From Macrostomum hystrix (taxonomy: Eukaryota > Animalia > Platyhelminthes), in NCBI GenBank assembly GCA_950097015.1, contig CATNEN010000003.1, forward strand, positions 12,214,001 through 12,278,000: a DNA stretch of 64,000 bases. The letters are read 5' to 3'. The notes under the pieces are model-generated. The model saw nothing but the letters and a program-made list of their open reading frames with translations, did no database searches and was not told where the DNA came from. The first letter of the stretch is position 1, and each line of letters begins with the position of its first letter. Shown here piece after piece: positions 55,323 through 64,000 of the stretch. Position numbers and translations under genes: made by a program.

Positions 55323-55913
55323 ATGAGTAGTTCTCAATCTGAAGCGGATTATATTGCAGCAAGCAAAAAACTTCGTTCGATTCTCTATCGGCAGTTTCGG
55401 TCGCTCGTCAAACTCGAAGCAGAATTTCTAGGCGGAGTCTTGGCTCCTCACGTGCTACCACACAACGTCCGCAGTGGCCTCACTCGCCGACCTCTCAGCC
55501 TCCCAATCGATGCCTCTGCTCGCACTGAACGGCCCGCAGTCGCTCACAACTCTCGCTGAAGTGAGTCGGTCGCCTTGAGGCATGCCATGCAGCGCTCTGA
55601 GAGATCATCGAGAGAGCAGTCTGGCAGTTTGTCGATCAGCAGCTCTGTGAGATTCTCGATCGGGACAGCAGGCTGCGGTTTCCAACGGACAGACGATCGC
55701 ACAGACTCTCTCAAGATGTCCGAAATGTCTTACAACTCGCATGTCTTGGCTTCTGACTCGGTGGACCTCTTGAAGACCGTCATCGAAGCGCAGCAGAAGC
55801 TGAGTCAGCTCAGCCATGACATCTCTGGCACGAGTCTGTACGATTCAATGCTTCGCTCACTCTCTCAATGGATGCGACAGAGGCGGTGGGCGTTGACTTC
55901 GTCTATAATATGA
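55323..55913 (+). pseudogene. 196-codon orphan reading frame interrupted by one in-frame TGA
   Basis: ORFs 55323-55559 and 55575-55913 are in the same frame; only TGA 55557-55559 separates them; GC-richer than flanks. Confidence 0.35.
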
Positions 55914-56981
55914 GCGTATGATGGCCAGTAATGTGTCTCGATCATTTCTGGTTTTGGCTGCATGGCTGGTAAAAAGAAAAAATAAGGAAGTAAACTGAAA
56001 ATTTAAAGGAAAAGGATTTTTAAAATATTTTTTCTATTAAATAAAGTTTTTTACTTACCTTAAAATTCACACCGAATCCGGAGCTCAGGATGTGGCCATC
56101 CCCTGAAGCTTCTCTCTGTCTGCATGCAGAGAACTGCCTCAATTCGGTCGCACTCGCACAGATCTCTGTCGTACGACCGTTAGCATTAAGTTTTTAATTT
56201 TTAGTCATGCATAATTTATGGTATTTTATGCACTCTTCCTTCATATCAATAGTTTAACTTAGAAGTGCGAATATGTAATAAAATGTACTTTAGTTTCACG
56301 GGTACAAGACGATATGCTTTATTGATATGCAGCATAATTTTTTGCTAATCGGTACTTCTTTTTAGAACGTTTTACCATGAAAACTGAGTTTAACTTTAGT
56401 TTAACCCAGTTTCTTCTTAAAATATTTGGTCTATTCAATTCTGATAATTTTTATAAATTAATAATGCGGCCAATTCTTAAGACTGTATGTATTTCCTTGT
56501 TTAGGGTTCGAGAGATACGCGAAAAAAACTATTTGTTTCAAAAACTAACTAAACCTAGATTTTTGTGTATTCTTTCAGCTTTTGTAGTTTCAGATCCTTG
56601 TTTTTTGCATCAAATTTATCTAGAAAAAATGTTTAATTTGTTATAAAGTTTTCATGCATCGCTAAAGTTGGAATTTTTAAATGTAATTGTCCCCCAATCT
56701 CAATCATTATCTTTGATAAAACAGTGAAGGACCATTCAACTTTTCGCTCAGACGCACAATAATTTTGATTACGTTGGCCTTACTCCAACTAAATTTGAGT
56801 GACCAACAAGTAAGAAGGTACGGACTGGCGACTGCCTATGAAAATATAATCTTGTAGTTAAAGTAAATACTCTGATTTAAATCTGGTATCAGTTATCAGG
56901 CATTAGGACCTAGACTAGAGGGCAGAGGCTTTCTCGCCTTTCTGGGTGGGCCTCAAAGTCAAAGAAAGTCGACTTCATGCC

Positions 56982-57042
56982 ATGATTTGCAACAATACTC
57001 AGAGAAATGGGCTTCTGTATGCAACTTTTAATCAGGACTTTG
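56982..57042 (+). CDS. WDR45B: WD repeat phosphoinositide-interacting protein 3, first coding exon (gene continues beyond the window)
   Basis: MICNNTQRNGLLYATFNQDF-G followed by GTATGT donor; matches the WIPI3 N-terminus NGLLYAGFNQD.G with a phase-1 intron. Confidence 0.8.
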
Positions 57043-59093
57043 GTATGTTCCCCTGTTCACTATTTTTTCTACTAAGTAATCATACTATCATGAATTGTAA
57101 CTTCCTGTCTCTGTCTGTTCCTATGTTTTTTTTGCATTATTTGCTTGTTTAGAATATTTATATTTCTCTTTTTTTCTATGCCCAGTTAAAGTAAGCAATA
57201 AATGACACTAATGCAAATGCACTAAATGCAATAATGACACAGTAACAACTGATCACAATTTTGCTACATTCATATTACTGTTAGGGACTCTAGTAAGTAA
57301 AAAATGAAAAAGAAAAAAACAATGCTATTTTAGGGACTCTTGTGAGCAAAAAACGGAAAAATTGAAATAAGATAAAAAAAACAATGATATGTTGTGATGA
57401 AAAAAAAAGAACATAAATTTAATTTTAAGAAAATAAAGCCTACTTTCAATACAAAGAACATAAAATTTACTTTACAACAAGTGTTTATACACTACAATTA
57501 GTGCAAAAACAAAAAAGTTATATGTCGCCAAAATTTGTTTTTTTTAGTCTTTGGGCTGTGATCAAAATTTAGAAAAAAACTACATTGGGTGGTTCTCACA
57601 GAGTTGCCACTTTTAGTGTCCAAAGTGTTTTTTTGCCAATTTTGATTGTTTTTTCATCCATTACTACAGTATATTATATAAGCTACAGTAAAAAGGGGTT
57701 TAAAGCAGTTTTTAACACTTCATTGACAAATTCATCATTCTTCATTCAAATTCTTCATTCATCACTCATCGGATCTACGCTTTTGAGGGCTGTAGATCCG
57801 ATGAGTAAAACTGCTATTAAATGCAAATATTAAGGAATCCATTGGGGCTATAATGTAGTAGGGATGCTTTTATTATTTCTTTAAAGTCAAATTCGTGCCT
57901 ATGCTTTTTGTTTGAATGCGCAAAATATTTTTTATATGTAATATATTTTAAATATTTTGTCAAATTCGTTTACTTTAACAAACATTTTCTTATGTGTATA
58001 TAAACGAGTGTAATTCAGTTGAGACAAATCAACGTGCCAGTGTGGCGAAAAGCAAATAAGCTATTACTGAAGAAGAAAAGTGTTGAGTTGGTTATTTGAG
58101 GCTGTGACCCTCTGATCCACAGAAAACGCCCAGCAAAGACTGGAGAATAGTAAGCCAGTGCCTTAGAAGGTTAAACCGCTCGTGCCGAGTGATACGCTAC
58201 CATTAGAGAGAAAAGTAGAGAGACAAGCCCTGTTACAACTTTGGTGGCAGCGGAAAGGATCAGAGAAACAGCGAAATAACCCCATTGAGGAGTAACAATG
58301 GATCAAGCTCAAGCACAAAATTTGATGGCTGTACTCGCGGAAGAGCTGAGAAATCAGTTGGAGATTGCTCCAACACGCCATGTGAAGATCCAAAAGTTCA
58401 CACCTATGTAATAGGTCTATATTTTTCCGCATTATAGCTGGTGATGGTTTTCTTTTTATTTTCTCGCGCTACAAAATTTTATTACATATTTTATATACAT
58501 ATAGTATATTACATATTATAAATATTTTATATACTTTATATAGTTTAGTAAATATGCGTTATTAAAACAAAGTTGATAAATGCTATATAAGCATGAAGTT
58601 TTTCGTGGTGATAATACAACTCGCCAGTGAGCCAAGAAAGGCAATATCTGAGTAAAAAGATCTTTTTGAATAAAGCAAAACGTGTTGTGTTAGTTATTGA
58701 GGAAACACATTTAGTGCGAAACCGAGGATTGAGGTTGTGACCCTCTGATCCTGGAGAAACGCCCAGCAGAGACTGGAGAATAAGAGACCAGTGCCTTAGA
58801 GGGATAAACCGCTCGTGCCAGTGCAGAAGCGCTACCTAGGAGAATCGCGCAACGTAAGAGTTGTGGTGTTAAAACGGCCCTTTTCAGGGCCACCGAGTTA
58901 AAGACATACGGAGAACGTGAACAGTAGAGAAGGAGCTAAAAGAATAGAAGAGGCCAAAAGATACGCTACCAAGAAAGAGGGAAAAGTAGAGAGACAAGCC
59001 CTGTTACAACTTTGGTGGCAGCGGAAAGGATTAGAGAAACAGCCTCAATCGAGAATAGAGTAGATTATCATAAGAACGAAGAGTTCATAGAAA

Positions 59094-59405
59094 ATGTCGA
59101 TTATTATGCTGATAATAGCGGTGCTGATGAATCAGCAGCCAGGTATCCCTCCACTATTTGGAAGTGGTGGAACACAGTCAATGTTCGGTAATCCGATAAT
59201 GTCTGGAAGCCAGGAAGAAAAGAAAAAGCCTATGGGAAGAGGCATGATTTCGATGCAGAATAAGCAAGATATGGAGTACATCACAGAGAGGAATGTACAT
59301 AAGTTTAGCGGATGCTTCTTCTGTACTAAACCAGGACCTGTGAGGCCAGATGGACATCAATGTCGCATCACCTTAAACTTCCTGAAGCCGAACATGCCGA
59401 AGTAA
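59094..59405 (+). CDS. Small cargo ORF (103 aa) with CxxC-x10-HxC motif
   Basis: ATG ORF in the gag position just after the PBS; no visible similarity to the host gag. Confidence 0.4.
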   Translation: MSIIMLIIAVLMNQQPGIPPLFGSGGTQSMFGNPIMSGSQEEKKKPMGRGMISMQNKQDMEYITERNVHKFSGCFFCTKPGPVRPDGHQCRITLNFLKPNMPK

Positions 59406-61019
59406 GATAGTAGAGAAGGCACGGTACACCAGAGAAGTGTACTGAATGTGTAAATTCGTGTAAATATGTGCTGTCTATAGTCGTCACAGTTGTCACAAGT
59501 GCTAAGAAGTTCTGAAAAAGAAAACACAAAAATAGTGAGTCAAGGATTTAATAAATGGGCACACGGCCGTAGAAATTATGTGCTCCAATACCTACTCAGT
59601 AGAAAAAGGAGTAGTGTGTGAAGAAAATTTAGAAGTAATGTTTGTTTAAATAAAGGCATCCAATGTTATAAGAAAGAATCTGTCTATAGGAGAAAGTGTT
59701 ATAAGTCGGGCATGTGAAATTAATTATTAAGAAATCTCTGAATGAATTGTTAGTAGTTGGCTTGCTCCAATGAAGTACAACAATTCTGAAGGGGAAGAGC
59801 AATGTAACGTCACAATTTAACGAAGAGTGTGAAGAAATGAGGAGTGATTTCTCTCTGAAAGAGTTATTAGTAGCTGACATGTTTCAGTGAATTAAGGTAA
59901 CTCAGAAGGGGAGGTGAAGTTTTCGGAGTGTTCCTGGATTGAAGTCCAGAAGCCCAGAGAGTATTAGACTCTGGGAAAGTCATTGACAAGTTGTGAGGTC
60001 ATGACTAAGTGATCAGTTCCAAAAGGCTGAGAAGAAGGCGCAGTGCTGATCTGAGGGATCAGATGTAGAGCCAGTGTTGTGGAATTTTGTAGAGGCACAA
60101 AGGTTGCCTGAAGTGGCCTACCTGAAGAAAGACACACTGTGGCCTGATGATCAGATGAGGACTGTGTTGTGATGTGAACAGGCATGATTGTGGCCTGAAG
60201 TATATTTAAGAGAGGCAAATGATGCCTAGAGAAATGAGAGGAGACTCGTGTGAAATTTGAGAAGGCACGTGGCCTAAAGATAATCAAATAAGAAATTATG
60301 TAAGCAGAGTTAATAGATTAGAGAAGGCAGATGAGTCAACAGGAATAAATTAGGAAATTGGATATTGCCCGCATGCCAGTTAAATTTAAGTGACAGATGG
60401 TCGATAAGTAAATATTAATGAGCACCTTCCTAGTTGTGAGAATTGATTAAAAGGAGCGAGGTGATGAAGAAGAATATGTGACAACTGTGCGACATATAGT
60501 GTAAATAGTTGTATAAACACGCTTTAAACGTTGTGAAATTAGTATTAAATGTTGTCTCTGAATATTTCTGTTGTATAAACTGAAGAAAATAAGTTATGCG
60601 TGCTACTGTTAGTAAACGTGGGAGCACACTTAAGCTCAATATCCTCGCCATTAGAAAAGGGTGAGAGTGATGACGTAACCACTTTCCCATAAGGATCAGT
60701 GCTAATTAATTTCTGATTGCGGATTAAAAGCATTAAAAAGCGATTATCTCATGAAATAATAAAGTTAGAAAAGTGATTCAAAATCAGCAATAGTCTACAA
60801 AAAGAGATCTTTAAAAAGACACCAACCTTGTTAAGAAAGGTTGAGAATTACTCATAAAATCGTAAGCCACAAAATCAAGGCTAAAAGTCAAGTGTCAAAA
60901 GTAAGAGGTGGGGCGCGAAAGACCTTTGAATAGGTCCAGTTTTTGGCCCCGGTGAGTATAAATAACGGATTAGTTGGACCCCTGGAGAGACATGTTTTGA
61001 ACAAATAACGCCATCGAAA

Positions 61020-61943
61020 ATGAACAACGGCGAGGAAGAAAATCAGCATGAGCCGGACGAGATCGAGGCATTCCTAAAGGCGATTCAGGAAGACTACGAT
61101 TTTCTTGAAGATGAGAATATGCCTGCCGAGGCTCCCGAGAGGCAGCCCACAAGACCGAGACTGCCTTCCGGCGGCAACAGAAGCAGCAGCAGCGGCGGCG
61201 GCAGCAGCAGCGGCGACAGAGGCAGCAGTGGCGGCGGCGGCAATAGAGGCGGCAGCGACGGCGGCGGCGGCAGTAGCAGCAGCAGCGGCGGCGACGGCAG
61301 CGGCAGCGGCAGTGGCAATGTCAGCGGAGGAAAAAGGGTGCGCCTAGACATGGAGGCGCGACCTGTGCCCGGTAACACAGCCACAGCCGCCAAAAGCCGC
61401 AAACAGCTGCTGTCCGAGCAAGCGGCTAGGTTAGTAACGACAGCTGTGCGCGCCGACGGCTTGTCCTGCAGTCGGCAGTTATCGGCTCAGCCAGATCTGC
61501 GAAGGCAGCTAGCTAGTCGGCAATTCGTGTCAAGTGTGGAGCCGCCGACTCAGCAGCAGCCGCAGCCTCCGGCAGAAGCAGGTCCCACGGACTATCGGAA
61601 CAACACTCGGGCGCTAATTCTTCAGCATGGTGTCCCCATTGAGCGGAGCAGACATGCTCTGGTGCAATACCTGCTGCGTATTGCCTTTTTGCGAACTGAT
61701 GTGGCCTTGCCGCAGCGGGCCCAAGTGTGGCCAGCCATCAGAGTCCTACGCGAACGGATGTCGAGGACCAACTCCATGACAATTGTACGAGATGTCTGCG
61801 CCACCGTCAGGAGGGCCATCGCTGCGGATGGCCGGACCGCATTCCGGCAGCTTCTGGCCATCGAGGTTCGGTGGGTGAGCCAGCAGCTTGGCTGGCCCTT
61901 TTACCGGGAACTGCCGGAGCCGTGTGATTTTGAACAGGCCTAA
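61020..61943 (+). CDS. Cargo ORF (307 aa): acidic N-terminus, Gly/Ser linker, NLS-like KRVRL, BEN-like C-terminal domain
   Basis: Intact GC-rich ORF in an AT-rich element; TATAAATA at ~60957; the domain call is by-eye similarity only. Confidence 0.72.
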   Translation: MNNGEEENQHEPDEIEAFLKAIQEDYDFLEDENMPAEAPERQPTRPRLPSGGNRSSSSGGGSSSGDRGSSGGGGNRGGSDGGGGSSSSSGGDGSGSGSGNVSGGKRVRLDMEARPVPGNTATAAKSRKQLLSEQAARLVTTAVRADGLSCSRQLSAQPDLRRQLASRQFVSSVEPPTQQQPQPPAEAGPTDYRNNTRALILQHGVPIERSRHALVQYLLRIAFLRTDVALPQRAQVWPAIRVLRERMSRTNSMTIVRDVCATVRRAIAADGRTAFRQLLAIEVRWVSQQLGWPFYRELPEPCDFEQA

Positions 61944-63519
61944 TTGTCTAATTATGGACTGTAAGCTTAGTACCTTGACATTTTATTACTTTTTTTTGTT
62001 GTATTCTTTTTGCGTTGGTGTCGTATTTTTAGGTGTCGTAATTGTTCTTTTTTGTATTTCTGTAAAAAAATTCTCACTCATGTTTTTATTCCAATTTTTT
62101 AAAAAGAGAAGGCAGGTTGTAATAGGTCTATATTTTTCCGCATTATAGCTGGTGATGGTTTTCTTTTTATTTTCTCGCGCTACAAAATTTTATTACATAT
62201 TTTATATACATATAGTATATTACATATTATAAATATTTTATATACTTTATATAGTTTAGTAAATATGCGTTATTAAAACAAAGTTGATAAATGCTATATA
62301 AGCATGAAGTTTTTCGTGGTGATAATACAACTCGCCAGTGAGCCAAGAAAGGCAATATCTGAGTAAAAAGATCTTTTTGAATAAAGCAAAACGTGTTGTG
62401 TTAGTTATTGAGGAAACACATTTAGTGCGAAACCGAGGATTGAGGTTGTGACCCTCTGATCCTGGAGAAACGCCCAGCAGAGACTGGAGAATAAGAGACC
62501 AGTGCCTTAGAGGGATAAACCGCTCGTGCCAGTGCAGAAGCGCTACCTAGGAGAATCGCGCAACGTAAGAGTTGTGGTGTTAAAACGGCCCTTTTCAGGG
62601 CCACCGAGTTAAAGACATACGGAGAACGTGAACAGTAGAGAAGGAGCTAAAAGAATAGAAGAGGCCAAAAGATACGCTACCAAGAAAGAGGGAAAAGTAG
62701 AGAGACAAGCCCTGTTACACCTAATCAGGATATTCAGGTGTGGCTCACCGCATTTGATCAAAGATGCGAGACAGAAGGAATTGATGTGGACCATCGAAAG
62801 CAGGAATTGCTTGCCAACTTGGACTTGTCCACAGCATTTGCCTCTGTACAGAGAATGAACCTCCCAGAAAACCTTGACTACGAAGAATTCAAGGAGCGGA
62901 TAGCAGAAAGATTCGGACGAACTGGAAGCCCAGCAGAATTCAGAGAAGAGTTTCGAGGAAGAATGCAAGGCAAGAATGAATCGGTAGAAGCCTATTCAGA
63001 TAGTCTGATTGAACTGGCTGCCAGAGCCTTCCCAAACATGACAATGGAGCAACGAGAAGATGAGCTGGTTGAGCAATACATCAAGGGAGCCAAGATATCC
63101 GCTGACATGAGGGAGAAACTAATCTTTGCGCAGCCTGCCAATCTACAGGAACTAAAGAGAATGCTTAGAAGGTTGGAAGCCGCCTGGAGCATGACACACA
63201 AAGGTGCCGGAGTAAGGATTACCAGAAATGGTGAAGAGGAAGAGGAGTCTCTAAGGGCAACAATTGTGAAGCAGAAGGAAGAAATTGAAAGACAGCAGAA
63301 ACTCTTGCAGGAGCTCACCAGCAAAATGGCTGAGAAACAGTACGTACCAAGGAAGCCATATGTACCTAAGTTCCTGCAACAGCAGAATACGCAGTACAAT
63401 GGGCCGCAATTCTTGAACCAGAACCGAACCTGCTTCAACTGCGGAAAACTCGGCCATATTGCCAGATTCTGTCCTATGAGGATGGGCAACGGTCAGCAGA
63501 ACTTCCAGAACCAGGGAAA

Positions 63520-64000
63520 CTAAAATACGAGGGACGTAAGTCGAGGCCCCGTTCCTCCGGAAAATCCTTTAACAAATTCCAGGCCTCAGAGTTTGTAAAT
63601 AGTGCGTATAAAATTGATAACCAACGTTTTGCTTGCAAGAAAAATAATTATTATTTCAACAAGTTTAATCAGCCGCGAGAAATGAGACAGCACCATGCGT
63701 ATGCACCCAGCACTGCAAAAATGCAAGCACATGCAAAAGCACCAGTTACACCATGTGAAACAAGTCAGAAAGCCGCTAGCAAAGAAATTAAAAGTGAGTC
63801 ACCCATTGAGACGATCAGAATCCCAGAGCCGGTCAAGAAAGGTCAGGAAGCAATTGTGAATGGAAAGATACGAAAGCGAGATATTATGTTTTTGATAGAC
63901 ACAGGAGCCGGAAACAACTTCTTAAGTAGGAGTTCATGGAAGAGAGTGGTTTGTGACGACGAGATAGAACCATGCAATTTGAGAGTCACCACGTTTGACG
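63520..64000 (+). CDS. pol: Gypsy pol start (aspartic protease), reached by -1 frameshift
   Basis: The -1 frame is open from 63520 to the window end and contains FLIDTGAGNNFLS at ~63889-63927. Confidence 0.88.

Larger units (their letters stand above)
58407..62719 (+). mobile_element. Nested non-autonomous LTR retroelement carrying cargo ORFs
   Basis: 602-bp LTRs 58407-59008 and 62118-62719 (TG...CA, no differences seen by eye), PBS at 59013, PPT AAAAAGAGAAGGCAGG 62101-62116, 4-bp TSD CCTA, no gag/pol. Confidence 0.95.
58298..63523 (+). pseudogene. gag: Gypsy gag split by nested insertion (58298-58406 + 62724-63523)
   Basis: Removing the insert and one CCTA restores MDQAQ...KIQKFTP|NQDIQVWLTAF in frame; Q..NESVEAY major-homology-like motif; CCHC knuckle CFNCGKLGHIARFC. 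Confidence 0.9.
57854..64000 (+). mobile_element. Ty3/Gypsy LTR retrotransposon (host element; continues beyond the window)
   Basis: 5' LTR TGTAG...TTACA 57854-58237, PBS TGGTGGCAGCGG at 58242 (complementary to tRNA-Leu 3' end), split gag, protease in the -1 frame. Confidence 0.92.

Overview
Eukaryotic (metazoan) genomic DNA with GT-AG introns; the gene set, intronic minisatellites, tRNA-SINEs and RTE-type LINE suggest a free-living flatworm such as Macrostomum (inference only). Conserved genes reconstructed exon by exon: UBA3 (-), a Zn-dependent MDR dehydrogenase (+), ESF1 (-), STK32/YANK kinase (-, 7 exons, with a ~7.7 kb 45-bp satellite in one intron), an intronless calpain (-), HSPA12 (-, 9 exons) and exon 1 of WDR45B/WIPI3 (+). 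Two divergent but alignable secreted orphan proteins flank the calpain. Mobile DNA: two tRNA-derived SINE families (one with a MIR-type CORE domain), a deleted Merlin transposon, a THAP remnant, MITEs, an RTE-like LINE 3' end and a Gypsy element with a GGGAAC-type slippery site (GGGAAAC) and pseudoknot for -1 frameshifting. Highlight: a young 4.3 kb non-autonomous LTR element (apparently identical 602-bp LTRs, CCTA TSD, same PBS as its host) sits inside the gag of that related Gypsy and carries, instead of gag/pol, a GC-rich cargo ORF with a BEN-domain-like C-terminus. Other notable signals: strong local CpG decay upstream of STK32, and a UBA3 5' end that may need a spliced-leader AUG.
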